The notes: generated from the sequence alone by a model not told the origin. DNA of 64,000 bases from an uncultured Chloroflexia bacterium (GCA_963724295.1 CAVRUC010000004.1:192001-256000), one strand, 5' to 3'; positions 9,251 to 19,997 are shown, counted from the first letter of the stretch. A program made the numbers and translations.

Positions 9251-10255
9251 ATGGCGGAGTTTCGGAAACTGTCATGGTTGCGCCAGGGGCTGCCGGCGTT
9301 CGCGCTGGCGTGCGCCCTGAGCGCCAGTACGGTGCCGGTGCTCGCCCAGGATACAGACCTGAGCGCGCTTTCGGGGGAGATCGTTTCCGATGGGTCATCG
9401 ACCGTAGGCCCGCTGACGCAGGCGGTTGCCGAGGAGTTCAACGGGCAAGCGCCGGATGTCCAGATCAGCGTTGATATCTCGGGAACAGGCGGTGGGTTCG
9501 AGCGCTTCTGCGCCGGAGAAACCGACGTCCAGAACGCCTCGCGAGCTATTGAAGAGGACGAGATCGCCAGCTGTGCCGAGAACGGCGTCGACTGGTACGA
9601 ATTCGAAGTCGCGTACGACGGCCTGACCATCGTCACAAATCCCGAAAATACGTGGCTCACCTGCATCACCACCGATCAGCTGAAGCAGCTCTGGCAGAAG
9701 GAAAGCCCGGCCAATACCTGGGCGGACCTCAATCCCGACTACCCGGCCGACACGATCAATCTCTACGGACCGGGAACCGACTCCGGCACGTTCGACTTCT
9801 TCGTCGAGACCATCCTCGGGGAAGACGAGGTGCGTGAAGACTTCACGCCGAGCGAGGACGACAATGTCCTGGTCGAAGGCGTGGCCGGGGATGTCAATGC
9901 CCTTGGTTACTTCGGGCTCGCATACTACGAGGCAAACCAGGATTCCTTGAAGGCGTTGGCGGTCGACAACGGTGATGGCAACTGTGTCACGCCAAGTCCG
10001 GAAACGGTGCAGGACGGGACCTACGCACCGCTTTCCCGCCCGCTCTTCGTGTACGTGAAAGATGAGTCGCTGCAGCGACCGGAGGTGCAGGAATTCGTCC
10101 GATTCTATCTGAGCCAGGCGGCGACACTCGCCGCCGAAGTCGGCTACGTCGCGTCACCGGAGGAGACGTACGCGGAGGACGTGGCCAGCTTCGAGGCCGG
10201 AATTTCCGGCACCGGCACGCCCGACAGCGCGGCGGCAGCGACGCCCGCCGCCTAG
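9251..10255 (+). CDS. pstS: Phosphate ABC transporter substrate-binding protein
   Basis: Signal peptide, DGSSTVGP, SGTGGGFERFC, GTDSGTFDFF, PLSRPLFVY; GGGGAGG RBS. Confidence 0.96.
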   Translation: MAEFRKLSWLRQGLPAFALACALSASTVPVLAQDTDLSALSGEIVSDGSSTVGPLTQAVAEEFNGQAPDVQISVDISGTGGGFERFCAGETDVQNASRAIEEDEIASCAENGVDWYEFEVAYDGLTIVTNPENTWLTCITTDQLKQLWQKESPANTWADLNPDYPADTINLYGPGTDSGTFDFFVETILGEDEVREDFTPSEDDNVLVEGVAGDVNALGYFGLAYYEANQDSLKALAVDNGDGNCVTPSPETVQDGTYAPLSRPLFVYVKDESLQRPEVQEFVRFYLSQAATLAAEVGYVASPEETYAEDVASFEAGISGTGTPDSAAAATPAA

Positions 10256-10288
10256 GTACCATCACGCCTCGGCACTAGGAATGCATGG

Positions 10289-10320
10289 GGCCTCCCGGGG
10301 ACACGTGTCCCCGGGAGGCC
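10289..10320. terminator. Perfect 32-bp palindrome after pstS (stabiliser or attenuating stem-loop)
   Basis: GGCCTCCCGGGGACAC followed by its exact reverse complement GTGTCCCCGGGAGGCC; no U-tract. Confidence 0.6.
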
Positions 10321-10341
10321 GTCTATCCCAGGAAGCTATCA

Positions 10342-11421
10342 GTGTCTGGATCAGCAGACCAGGACCGCCTCGATATGAGGTTGCGAGACGCCGCCGGGGC
10401 AGACCCTGACGCGGGGTTGATCGGGAACCCAAGTGAGCTCATCGCCGGAACTCTGGTCCCATCGATCGAGCAGGGTGTTGCCCCACTGACGGCATTGGGC
10501 GGTTCCGCTCCGGTTACCTTCGATTTGTCCGGAGCCGCGTCCCGCCGCACGTCTGAGCGCATCGTTGGCGCCGTCCTCTGGGTCTGTGGCGCACTCTCAT
10601 TGTTGACGACCGTCGGCATCATCGCGGTCCTGATTCAACAGGCGCTCGTCTTCTTTACCCAGGTTCCGGTGACCGACTTTCTCTTTGGCACCACCTGGAC
10701 CGCGTTGTTCAAGACACCCCTGTACGGTGTGCTGCCCCTGGTGGCAGGCACGTTGATGATCACCCTGATCGCGATGTGTGTCGCTATTCCTCTCGGCTTG
10801 ATGAGCGCCATCTACCTCAGCGAGTACGCCGCGTTGCGAGTGCGCGACATTCTCAAACCGTCGCTCGAGCTCCTGGCGGGGATCCCGACGATCGTCTATG
10901 GCTTCTTTGCCGTCACGTTCATTCGGCCAGATGTTCTGAAGCATATTTTCCCGGGAATTGGTCCATTCAGCGCGTTGGCAGCGGGGATCGCGGTTGGAAT
11001 CATGACGATTCCGCTGGTCGCCTCGTTGAGCGAGGATGCCATGCGGGCAGTGCCACGCTCCCTGCGTGAAGGAGGCTATGCCCTCGGCGCAACCAAGTTG
11101 GAAGTCTCCTGGCAGATCGTCGTGCCGGCGGCCACCTCAGGCATCATTGCATCCTTCATCCTGGCCATGTCTCGCGCAGTCGGTGAGACGATGATCGTCG
11201 CCCTGGCCGCCGGCTCGAAGGCCCAACTGACCGCGAACCCGCTCGAACCGATGCAGACGATGACCGGGTTCATCGTCCAGGCTTTCTCCGGGGACATGGT
11301 GGTCGGCACGGCGCCATATCTGTCCCTCTTCGCCGTTGGGCTATTGCTCTTTTTCATTACGTTGGCACTCAACATGGCCAGTCATCGGGTCGTTGCCAAG
11401 TTCCGGGAGGCGTACGAGTGA
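10342..11421 (+). CDS. pstC: Phosphate ABC transporter permease PstC
   Basis: [25 protein letters not shown]. Start uncertain (GTG 10342 has an AGGAAG RBS). Confidence 0.93.
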   Translation: MSGSADQDRLDMRLRDAAGADPDAGLIGNPSELIAGTLVPSIEQGVAPLTALGGSAPVTFDLSGAASRRTSERIVGAVLWVCGALSLLTTVGIIAVLIQQALVFFTQVPVTDFLFGTTWTALFKTPLYGVLPLVAGTLMITLIAMCVAIPLGLMSAIYLSEYAALRVRDILKPSLELLAGIPTIVYGFFAVTFIRPDVLKHIFPGIGPFSALAAGIAVGIMTIPLVASLSEDAMRAVPRSLREGGYALGATKLEVSWQIVVPAATSGIIASFILAMSRAVGETMIVALAAGSKAQLTANPLEPMQTMTGFIVQAFSGDMVVGTAPYLSLFAVGLLLFFITLALNMASHRVVAKFREAYE

Positions 11422-12332
11422 GCGCGCAGACGACGTTCCGTCCTGGTTCAGTTGCCGCATCTCCGGTGGAGAAGTCCTCCAACCTCGAGGGGCGAAAGAC
11501 AAAGGCCAGCGTCATTCAGTGGCTGCTCTTTCTCGTGACCGCCCTCGCGATGGTGATTCTGGCCGTGTTGATCTGGGATATCACTTCGGCAGGCGCGCGC
11601 TGGCTCTCCCTCGATCTCCTGACGAACACGCCGTCACGAAAGCCGGAAGAGGCCGGTCTTCGTCCCGCACTTCTCGGGACGCTGTGGGTGATCGGGTTGA
11701 CCGCGCTGTTCGCCTTCCCGGTTGGCGTCGGCGCGGCGGTCTATCTCGAAGAGTACGCACCGAACAACCGCTGGACCCGCTTGCTCAAGACCAATATCGC
11801 CAACCTCGCCGGCATTCCGTCGATCGTCTACGGCTTGCTGGGCCTGGGCGTGTTCGTCAGCCTCTTCACGCTGGGCCGGACCATCATTTCAGGCGCCCTG
11901 ACGATGGCCCTCCTGATCTTGCCGGTCATCATCATCGCCAGCCAGGAAGCCATTCGAGCAGTGCCTCCATCGCTCAGACAAGCCGCGTTCGCGCTCGGCG
12001 CGACCCGCTGGCAGGTGGCCCGGGATCATGTCATTCCGGCGGCGATGCCAGGGATCCTGACCGGGATCATTCTTTCGATCTCTCGCGCAATGGGGGAGAC
12101 GGCGCCGTTGCTGGTGGTTGGCGCTGCCGCCTACGTGACCTTCAACCCGACGGGAGTGATGAGCAAGTACACCGCCTTGCCGATGCAGATCTATGAATGG
12201 GCGCGGCGTCCGCAGCAGGAATTTCAGGATCTCGCGGCCGCGGCCATCATCGTGCTCCTGGTCCTCTTGTTGCTACTGAATGCCACGGCAATTTATCTGC
12301 GACAGCGATTCGCCAGAAGTGTGAAATGGTAG
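11418..12332 (+). CDS. pstA: Phosphate ABC transporter permease PstA
   Basis: [27 protein letters not shown]. Confidence 0.95.
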   Translation: MSAQTTFRPGSVAASPVEKSSNLEGRKTKASVIQWLLFLVTALAMVILAVLIWDITSAGARWLSLDLLTNTPSRKPEEAGLRPALLGTLWVIGLTALFAFPVGVGAAVYLEEYAPNNRWTRLLKTNIANLAGIPSIVYGLLGLGVFVSLFTLGRTIISGALTMALLILPVIIIASQEAIRAVPPSLRQAAFALGATRWQVARDHVIPAAMPGILTGIILSISRAMGETAPLLVVGAAAYVTFNPTGVMSKYTALPMQIYEWARRPQQEFQDLAAAAIIVLLVLLLLLNATAIYLRQRFARSVKW

Positions 12333-12408
12333 GCAATGGACGAGTTGATTGCAGGTCGGCCGGTGCGGTGCCTTGAGCGATAGACGATAGAGGAAATAGA
12401 GGAATCTG

Positions 12409-13221
12409 ATGGGCGTGATGCTGGACGAATCCGCGATCAAGAGCCAGGTGGGCAGCGCGGGCGCAATCGTGTCGCTCCGCGACCTGAAGGTCTACTACGG
12501 GAATTTCCTCGCCGTTGCCGGGGTGACCTTCGACGTACCAAAGAATCAGATCACGGCGCTCATTGGCCCATCGGGGTGCGGTAAGAGCACGGTGCTGCGT
12601 TGCATCAACCGCATGAACGACCTGATCCCTGGTGCCCGCGTCGAAGGCCACATTCTCTACCATGGGCAGGACATTTGCAGCGCCCAGGTCGATCCGGTCG
12701 AGGTGCGGCGCCACATCGGCATGGTCTTCCAGAAGCCGAATCCGTTCCCCAAGTCGATCTACGAGAACGTCGCCTGGGGAGCGCGGATCAACGGCTTCAA
12801 GGGGAACATGGACGACCTGGTCGAGCGCTCCCTGCGCCAGGCTGCCCTCTGGGACGAGGTCAAGGACAAGCTGCAGGACAGCGGGCTGGCGCTATCCGGG
12901 GGTCAGCAGCAGCGTCTCTGCATCGCGCGGACACTTGCCATCAATCCGGATGTGATTTTGATGGACGAGCCCGCGAGCGCCCTCGACCCGATCTCTACCC
13001 TCAAGATCGAGGATCTGATGCGGGAGCTGGAGCGGCAATACACGATCGTCGTGGTCACGCACAACATGCAGCAGGCGGCCCGCGTCTCCGACCAAACGAT
13101 CTTCTTTTCGCTCGACGAGCATCGCCATGGGGTGCTCGTCGAGGCGGGTCACACCCGCGACATGTTCACGAATCCACGAGATCAGCGCACTGAGGACTAC
13201 ATCACCGGTCGCTTCGGGTAG
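12409..13221 (+). CDS. pstB: Phosphate ABC transporter ATP-binding protein PstB
   Basis: [28 protein letters not shown]-terminal YITGRFG. Confidence 0.97.
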   Translation: MGVMLDESAIKSQVGSAGAIVSLRDLKVYYGNFLAVAGVTFDVPKNQITALIGPSGCGKSTVLRCINRMNDLIPGARVEGHILYHGQDICSAQVDPVEVRRHIGMVFQKPNPFPKSIYENVAWGARINGFKGNMDDLVERSLRQAALWDEVKDKLQDSGLALSGGQQQRLCIARTLAINPDVILMDEPASALDPISTLKIEDLMRELERQYTIVVVTHNMQQAARVSDQTIFFSLDEHRHGVLVEAGHTRDMFTNPRDQRTEDYITGRFG

Positions 13222-13246
13222 GCAAGAGCTGAGAGGAAATCCATCG

Positions 13247-13912
13247 ATGACACGCGAGCACTATGCCCAGGAACTTACCGACCTGCGTGACAGCGTCGTA
13301 GCCATGGCCAGCATGACCAACAAGGCGATCGACAACGCGGTGACGGCTCTCGCCCAACGAGACATACGGCTGGCCGAGCAGGTGATCGCCTCGGATCGGG
13401 CGATCAACGAGCACCGCTGGCGGACCGAGGAGCAAGCACTGCTGGTGATAGCCACGCAAGCACCGATGGCCAGAGATCTGCGCATGATCGCCGCGGTGAT
13501 CCATATCGTCACCGACCTCGAGCGCATGGCGGATCACGCCGCCGGGATCGCGAAGATCGCGCTCCAGACCGCCGAACAGGCGCCACTCAAACCGCTCGTC
13601 GATATCCCCCGCATGAGTGAGATCGCACGGACGATGCTGCACGATGCCATCACGGCCTTCATCGACGGCGACCAGGCCGCCGCGCGCTCCATCGTTGCGC
13701 GTGATGACGAGGTCGACACCCTCTACGAGCAAATCTATCGGGAGCTGCTTACGTTCATGCTCGCTGACCCGACCACCATCGATCAGGCGACACATCTCCT
13801 GTGGGCAGCCCACAATCTGGAGCGCATTGCCGACCGGGTGACCAATATCTGCGAGCGGGTCGTCTTTGCGGCGACGGGGCAGCTCGAAGAACTAGCGGTC
13901 TCCACGTACTGA
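13247..13912 (+). CDS. phoU: Phosphate signalling/transport regulator PhoU
   Basis: QAPMARDLR, DLERMADHA, DDEVD, LERIADRVTNICE; AGAGGA RBS. Confidence 0.96.
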   Translation: MTREHYAQELTDLRDSVVAMASMTNKAIDNAVTALAQRDIRLAEQVIASDRAINEHRWRTEEQALLVIATQAPMARDLRMIAAVIHIVTDLERMADHAAGIAKIALQTAEQAPLKPLVDIPRMSEIARTMLHDAITAFIDGDQAAARSIVARDDEVDTLYEQIYRELLTFMLADPTTIDQATHLLWAAHNLERIADRVTNICERVVFAATGQLEELAVSTY

Positions 13913-13991
13913 GCGCATCGCCAGAGTGACCGCGTCATCGGTCTGTGCGCGAGACCACATCTGGCGTGTCTCTTTCGTAGCTGTGCCAACT

Positions 13992-14008
13992 TGTCAAATC
14001 ATTGTTAA
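13992..14008. promoter_or_regulatory. Second Pho-box-like direct repeat
   Basis: TGTCAA-ATCAT-TGTTAA; reverse complement TTAACA-N5-TTGACA matches 8284-8300 (TTAACA-N5-CTGACA). Confidence 0.5.
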
Positions 14009-14114
14009 ATCGGCGCCTCAGGCTCCCCGAGGGTGCGTCGCATGCCATAGACTTTGCGGGCCAGCGCCGGTTGAACGTACACCCGCCTGGTTGTGATCGC
14101 GAAGGAGCCCGTAC

Positions 14115-14492
14115 GTGGAGCATGTGACGCCATTCGCGCAGACGCCTTCGACCCCGGAGCCAATCATCGCCCAGGTTCGGCGCCAGCTCGCCGACGACGA
14201 TGGGGTTGGCGCTCGGGTTCCGACCGGCGTTCTCGATCGCGTGGCGGATCAGGCGGTGCGGGAGCTGTGGAGCAGTCGAGTAAAAACGTTCGTTCCCGTT
14301 CTGGCGCTGCGAACGGCGCGGGAACGCCTGCGTGATCAGGGTGTGTTGATCACCGTGGACCTACCAATGATGCGCAACGGCGAGGAAGCACGGGCGATGA
14401 TGCCCCGGGCAGCCGAGAGGACGCCCCAGGACATCGTCCATGTCGAATCGGATATCTTGTCCCTGGATGACCAGGATCGGCTGTCACTCTAG
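14115..14492 (+). CDS. Small protein with three-helix-bundle dimerisation domain (DUF3562-like)
   Basis: AAGGAG RBS before GTG; motif SRVKTFVPVLALRTARERL. Confidence 0.7.
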   Translation: MEHVTPFAQTPSTPEPIIAQVRRQLADDDGVGARVPTGVLDRVADQAVRELWSSRVKTFVPVLALRTARERLRDQGVLITVDLPMMRNGEEARAMMPRAAERTPQDIVHVESDILSLDDQDRLSL

Positions 14493-14761
14493 GTCTTCAA
14501 CCCCGGTTCACCCCTTCGGATCGCTGCTCACCTGACCAGTGACGCGCCAGGTCGCGGCACGGATTGTCTCCGTCTGGTCGACGTGCAACGAGGGAACTTC
14601 GCCACGCGTCGTCCTTTCCCCGGGGGCTGGTGCGACATATGCACGCAGCCCCCAATCAGGAACCGAGCGAGCCAAGCGTCAGCCGGCATGCCTTAGCAGC
14701 GACCTACCCGCTGACGCGTCCTTCATCATCAGCCTGGATCAGGACCCCAAGTTTGCATTCT

Positions 14762-14989
14762 TCACCGCGGCGAGGCGATGAGCCACGCCAGGCAGGAGAG
14801 CAGCCCGCCCTCGAGGGTGCTGCCGGCGAAGACCTGCTCCTCGGGGAGGTGAAGTGTGACGACCCACCCGGTGTTATCGACCGTCCAGTCGCAATAGCCT
14901 CCGCGCTCGGCAATGGCCGCGCGGAGCATGTCGCACAGGCCCCCTGACACACGTGTGCGATCGGAGCCGACATCGACGAGGGCGACCAT
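14762..14989 (-). CDS. Hypothetical small protein
   Basis: 75 aa ORF with globular-looking composition (WVVTLHLPEEQVFAGSTLEGGLLSCLAWL); fills an otherwise empty interval. Confidence 0.5.
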   Translation of the reverse strand: MVALVDVGSDRTRVSGGLCDMLRAAIAERGGYCDWTVDNTGWVVTLHLPEEQVFAGSTLEGGLLSCLAWLIASPR

Positions 14990-15288
14990 AGTATCTGGCA
15001 GATCGGGGTGTGCCGTTCATGACAGCGCAGCCATAATCCCTCCCGGGTTCCCGCAAGGGGGCAAGAGTCGTCCCATGCCGCAGTCTAGACAGAACCAAAC
15101 CCATGGATGCGAAATGTTCATGAAATTACCTGGTCGCCCCGTCGAAGACTGACAGCGCGCCGTTCCACCGGCGATGTCGCCCGGTCCCAGGCGGGGCAGG
15201 TGTCGGCATTTGCTCCATCATTCTTCGGTGGCAATGACGCGCTCGGGCAGAGGTCTTGAGGTACGGCCGAGGAGGACTGGAGAGCGAC

Positions 15289-15771
15289 GTGTCAGGTGAG
15301 ATCAACTCGCCGACGATTCTGCGCGGCGATCAGGTGACCCCCGCCGAATACCGGTCGCTGCTGGCGGCAGTCGAGTGGCGTCCCCTGGAACAGGGTGACC
15401 TCGCACTCGCGGCCGCCTTGGAAGCGTCCTGGAACGTCACCGCCCGCACCTCGGATGGCCAGCTCGTCGGGTTGGCGCGGGTGCTGGACGATGGCGTCCT
15501 GTATGCCAGCGTCTGGGACGTCATCGTGCGCCCGGAACGCCAGCGGAGTGGGATCGGCCGGGCACTGCTGGCCGCAGTGCTGGAGCAGACGGCAGGGCGG
15601 CGGTTGGTCTCCCTGGTATCCACCGCGGCTGGGGAGGCCCTCTATCGATCCGCCGGATTTGCTGAGACGGATGGTCGGAGCACCGCCCTCTTCCGGCGCG
15701 CCCACGAGCCGGAACCGCTTGCCGACGACTGCATGGACCTCACCGGCCACGACGTCGGGATCAACCACTGA
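15289..15771 (+). CDS. GNAT family N-acetyltransferase
   Basis: DVIVRPERQRSGIGRAL (motif A), LYRSAGF; GGAG RBS. Confidence 0.88.
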   Translation: MSGEINSPTILRGDQVTPAEYRSLLAAVEWRPLEQGDLALAAALEASWNVTARTSDGQLVGLARVLDDGVLYASVWDVIVRPERQRSGIGRALLAAVLEQTAGRRLVSLVSTAAGEALYRSAGFAETDGRSTALFRRAHEPEPLADDCMDLTGHDVGINH

Positions 15772-15786
15772 GTTGACGAGAAATCA

Positions 15787-16632
15787 CTACGGCCAGCCGA
15801 CGCCTGGTGCGGGAGCCCTCGCGGTCAGCACCTGACCCTTTGCTCCGCCATCGGCCATACCCTCCGGACCACTCCACTCGTTCGCGATCATGAACAGGGT
15901 CTGCTTGTCCTTGCCTCCGAGCATGCAGGCGAAACAGCCTAGATCAAGCTCGATGGTCTGCAAGACCTCGCCCCCTTCGCGCACGCGCACGCAGCGCTGA
16001 TTGGGGACGTCCCCGTACCAGATGGCGCCTTTCGCATCCAGGCAGATGCCGTCGGGGGCGCCGCCGTCGAGGTTAGCCCACACCCGCCTGTTCGAGAGGC
16101 TGCCATCCGCCATGATGTCGAAGGCCGTCAGCTTCGAGGCGTAGGACTCGGCGAGGATCAAGGTCTTGTTGTCCGGTGTCACGACCATGCCATTCGGGAA
16201 TGCGACATTATCCGCCACCTGCCGGGCCGAGCCGTCGGGGGTGACCAGGACGAGGATCCCGGGAGCGAACTCACCCTCTGGAAAATCGAAGCCGATGTTG
16301 TTGACGTAGGCGTTGCCTCGACCGTCGACGACGATCTCGTTCCATGGGTGCTTACCGAGACTGGTCAGGTCGGCATGAGTAACCAGCGATCCGGCTTCCT
16401 CCCGACGCAGGAGACGCCCCTCACTTCCCGAAACGATCAGCAGGCGTCCATCAGGCAGCCAATCGATGGAAAAGGGAAATGACGGAACGCTAGCTATGAC
16501 CTCGCTCTCACCCTGGAGATCGGCGGCAATGAGCTCCTGCGCTCCCCAGTCGGCGACCCAGAGACGATTGTCGTGCCAGCGTGGTGACTCGGGAAAGACA
16601 AGACCGGTCATCAGCGTCTTCAGCTCAGGCAT
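15787..16632 (-). CDS. SMP-30/gluconolactonase/LRE family protein
   Basis: FPESPRWHD, FPNGMVVTPD, PDGICLD; GAGGAG RBS before ATG 16632. Confidence 0.92.
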   Translation of the reverse strand: MPELKTLMTGLVFPESPRWHDNRLWVADWGAQELIAADLQGESEVIASVPSFPFSIDWLPDGRLLIVSGSEGRLLRREEAGSLVTHADLTSLGKHPWNEIVVDGRGNAYVNNIGFDFPEGEFAPGILVLVTPDGSARQVADNVAFPNGMVVTPDNKTLILAESYASKLTAFDIMADGSLSNRRVWANLDGGAPDGICLDAKGAIWYGDVPNQRCVRVREGGEVLQTIELDLGCFACMLGGKDKQTLFMIANEWSGPEGMADGGAKGQVLTARAPAPGVGWP

Positions 16633-16968
16633 TACAGACTCCTCATGCGCGGCAAAAGACTGGCAGGAGGCGTCGCCGGTTGATCTGACCGGCACGGACG
16701 TGTTCGTTGAGCAAGCGATTCATTAGCAGACCCTCCCTCGCATTGGGCTACGTGTGTCATCTACCGCCCTGGGTGCGGCTGGATCGAGGTCCGGCACCAC
16801 CAAGCGCCGCACGCCACGTCCAGGGCTGGTGCTGTCAATTAGTCGCGAGAGGCCGCAGGAAATCGACAACGGCGGCGCGGAGGATGCGATGGCGAGCATT
16901 GAGAAAACGTGGCGTACCCACCCACGTATCCGCTCGACATGGCACTCGACCGCCCGCGGGCCGCGCCG

Positions 16969-16997
16969 TTGACACTCCATACACGTGGTCATACCAT
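16969..16997 (+). promoter_or_regulatory. Sigma70-type promoter of the LLM gene
   Basis: TTGACA-17 bp-TACCAT. Confidence 0.6.
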
Positions 16998-17079
16998 CAC
17001 CGCCCGTCGGAGCAAAACGTTGGCGGGGTTCTTGCGTTGCGGCGATCCCAGGGCGTGGCGCCGCGAGGAGGTGACTGGA

Positions 17080-18072
17080 GTGAAGTTTGGCGTTTTTCTT
17101 CCCTCCTTCATCCAGGGTGAGCCCCAGGACCGTCACGCGCGCCGGCTGCGCGAATTCGCCCGTCACGCGGAAGAATTGGGCTTCGACTCGCTCTGGATTA
17201 CCGACCATATCGTTACCGCCCACCGCTTCTACAGCGTGAGCTGGCTCGACTCCTTGATGACGCTATCGCACGTCGCGGCGATCACGGAGCGGGTCCGCCT
17301 CGGCACCTCGATCCTCATCCTGCCGGTGCGCACGCCGGCGATCCTGGCCAAGGAGATCGCGACCCTCGAGTACCTGTCGGGAAACCGCTACATCTATGGC
17401 ATCGGCACCGGCTGGTACGGACCGGAGTTCGAGGCCTGCGGAGTTCACAAGCCGGAGCGCGGCGCGCGCACGGACGAAGTGCTGGCGGCGACGATGGCGC
17501 TGTTCGCGGGACCGGACGTCCACTTCGACGGGCGGTACTACCAGCTCGATGGGGTGACCGTGGAGCCCCATCTCGATCCACTGCCGCCGGTATGGGTCGC
17601 CGGGGGCAGCCAGCTGCCGCACGAGCAGTCACCGGAACGCCCGGAGATGCACCCAAACGTGCTGCGTCGCATCGTGGAATCAGACGGCTGGATCGCGCGC
17701 ACGACCGCCCCGCCCGAGCTCATCGCCTCGGACCTGGAACTGATCCTGGAGGCGCGGCGGGGCGCCAGGGTGACCAGGCCGTTCACCATTGCCCAGGAGA
17801 ATTTCGTCTGGATCGAGGAAGGGGACAACCGTGACGCGGTCATCGCCGAGCAACAGCGCCGTTTTGCGGGGGTGGTGAGTGCCGAGCGTCCCTGGGACTA
17901 CCTGGCGTCGGTCTATATCGTGGGCACGGTCGACGATATTCAGCGCCAGATCCAGACCCGGGTCGATATGGGTATCGAATACATGATGCTCCACACCCTG
18001 ACCCCGGACCTGGAGCAGCTCGACCTGTTCGCAAAATACCTCGTGCAGCCGTTCGCGACCGCTACCCGCTAA
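17080..18072 (+). CDS. LLM class flavin-dependent oxidoreductase
   Basis: AEELGFDSLWITDH, TERVRLGTSILILP, GIGTGW, PPVWVAGG. Confidence 0.92.
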   Translation: MKFGVFLPSFIQGEPQDRHARRLREFARHAEELGFDSLWITDHIVTAHRFYSVSWLDSLMTLSHVAAITERVRLGTSILILPVRTPAILAKEIATLEYLSGNRYIYGIGTGWYGPEFEACGVHKPERGARTDEVLAATMALFAGPDVHFDGRYYQLDGVTVEPHLDPLPPVWVAGGSQLPHEQSPERPEMHPNVLRRIVESDGWIARTTAPPELIASDLELILEARRGARVTRPFTIAQENFVWIEEGDNRDAVIAEQQRRFAGVVSAERPWDYLASVYIVGTVDDIQRQIQTRVDMGIEYMMLHTLTPDLEQLDLFAKYLVQPFATATR

Positions 18073-18120
18073 AGAGATGGAGACAAAGCTCCTCGTCCAT
18101 CAGTCGATCGAGCTTGGGAC

Positions 18121-18148
18121 TTGACACCGCTTGGTAACCCTGTACGCT
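18121..18148 (+). promoter_or_regulatory. Sigma70-type promoter
   Basis: TTGACA-16 bp-TACGCT upstream of the GlsB-family gene. Confidence 0.45.
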
Positions 18149-18191
18149 GTGGCCGACGTCCCGTTTCGGCGAAGCGCGTGCGGGGGATAGT

Positions 18192-18458
18192 ATGGAAAGC
18201 GGTTTGGGCATCATCTCGTGGATCATCTTCGGCGCGTTGGCGGGCTGGGTGGCTAGCATGATCGCGGGAACGAATCGCGAGCAGGGCTGGCTGGAGAACA
18301 TCATCGTTGGCATTATCGGCGCCTTTGTCGGCGGGTTCCTGTTTGGACTGCTCACCGGACGGCAAACCTACTTCGAGTGGAGCATCGGCAGCTTCGTTGT
18401 CGCCGTGATCGGCGCAATCGTACTGCTCTTCATTCTCAGGTTGATCCGGCGCGCCTAA
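18192..18458 (+). CDS. GlsB/YeaQ/YmgE family (transglycosylase-associated) membrane protein
   Basis: WIIFGALAGWVAS, NIIVGIIGAFVGG, AVIGAIVLL. Confidence 0.92.
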   Translation: MESGLGIISWIIFGALAGWVASMIAGTNREQGWLENIIVGIIGAFVGGFLFGLLTGRQTYFEWSIGSFVVAVIGAIVLLFILRLIRRA

Positions 18459-18649
18459 GCTCCCAACGCCCACAGCAACGACCGTCATCGCCGTAGGGCA
18501 TGACGATCATTGTCGTGTCTCTGCCACGACCAGCTGAGAGAACCCCGCGGCACGTTATTTGCACAGAGCAACGGGCCTCCAGGGCGTGGCGGCCTCGGCC
18601 GCAGACCGCCGACAGCCGAGGCCCATAGTGTGCTGCGAGGGACGTCGGT

Positions 18650-19315
18650 GTGAAACATTTCTTGCGGGACAACGGTCTCAGCCTTGTCATGTTCGGGCTG
18701 TTTGCGCTCTTTCTCTACGCCCAGAGCGTCACGGGATTCGCGGTCTATACCGACGAGCAGCGTGAGCACGGCGAGGAGACGATCAGCTTTCCCGATTACC
18801 TGAGCTCGGGCCACTTCATCGAGGCCACGTTCGAGAACTGGGAGAGCGAATACCTGCAGATGGGCGCCTATGTCCTCTTCACCGTCTTCCTGTTTCAGCG
18901 CGGCTCCTCAGAATCCAAAGACCCCGACAAGGAGGAATCAGTCGACGAGGATCCGCGGCAGGCAAAGGATCGCTCCGACGTTCCCTGGCCCGTACGCTAC
19001 GGCGGTCCGGTGCTGAAGCTCTACGAGCACTCACTGGCGATCGCGTTCGTGCTCCTCTTCCTCTTCTCGTTTCTCCTGCATGCGATCGGCGGTGCCCGTG
19101 AGTACAGCCAGGAACAGCTGGCCCATGGTGGTCACGCCGTCTCGACGTGGGAGTTCCTGCACACCAGTGAATTCTGGTTCCAGTCGTTCCAGAATTGGCA
19201 GAGCGAGTTCCTGGCGGTCTTCTCGATCGTGGCGTTGTCCGTCTTCCTGCGCCAGCGCGGGTCCCCGGAATCCAAGCCCGTTGCCGCTCCCCACGCCGAG
19301 ACCGGAACCGCGTAA
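18650..19315 (+). CDS. Conserved membrane protein (DUF6766-like)
   Basis: Internal duplication FENWESEYLQ/FQNWQSEFL and QRGSSESK/QRGSPESK. Confidence 0.8.
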   Translation: MKHFLRDNGLSLVMFGLFALFLYAQSVTGFAVYTDEQREHGEETISFPDYLSSGHFIEATFENWESEYLQMGAYVLFTVFLFQRGSSESKDPDKEESVDEDPRQAKDRSDVPWPVRYGGPVLKLYEHSLAIAFVLLFLFSFLLHAIGGAREYSQEQLAHGGHAVSTWEFLHTSEFWFQSFQNWQSEFLAVFSIVALSVFLRQRGSPESKPVAAPHAETGTA

Positions 19316-19342
19316 GAGACGAGCATCCGCGATGCCGGCTCC

Positions 19343-19997
19343 CTAGGGCCGCGACTCCGGCACCTCCTGGGCGAAGCGGAGCATCCGCTCCTGATGAGCG
19401 ATCCCCAGGTCGGAATCGGCGAAGCCGCCGAGGTGTCCCGCATCGAACCACTCGACCTCGACCGACTTCCCTAGCGCCCGCAGCCGTTCGACGTAGATCT
19501 CGACGGGTCGCGCCGGCGTGCGCGAGTCGTTGCGCCCCTGGATGATGAGCAGCGGCGCCTGCACCCGCTCGACGTCAGCGAGGGGAGCAGCCGGCGTCGG
19601 CTCGCGTGAAAGCAAGCCGGCTTCCCGTCGCGCTGACGACACCACCGAAGGTCGAGTAGGGTGGCAGATTGGGGGATGTGTCCTCCACCTCGCCGCCGTC
19701 GAACGGCACGCGCACCAGGTGCCCAATCTCGTTCCCGCCCATGTCGTCCAGGTAGTAGACGTGGCGGCCGTGAGCGTCGATGAAGCCGAAGACGACACCC
19801 TCCGGGCGATCGGTCAATTGCCGCAGCTGCCCCGTCGGCACCTCCCAGGCATAGAGTTGATACCGTCCGGTGCGGTTGCTCGCCACAAGTCCTCGATCCG
19901 GGCGTCCCTCCGCCAACGCCGACCAGAGAACCCTCTCCGCCCGGAACCGCTGCTTCCAGGGCGCCTCGGCTCTCGTCGTGGTTGGCATCCTCGTCAT
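19343..19997 (-). pseudogene. S9 (prolyl oligopeptidase/acylaminoacyl peptidase) remnant with a large internal deletion
   Basis: N-terminal propeller start (SNRTGRYQLYAW, DDMGGNE) joined out of frame near 19580-19592 to the catalytic C-terminus (PLLIIQGRNDSRTP, DAGH); no GxSxG nucleophile motif. Confidence 0.8.

Noticed and set aside
14990..15250. Riboswitch or ncRNA in this and other long intergenic gaps (16700-16960, 36220-36440)
   Set aside because: I could not recognise any conserved aptamer, tRNA or T-box motif by eye; an Infernal/Rfam scan would be needed to exclude them.
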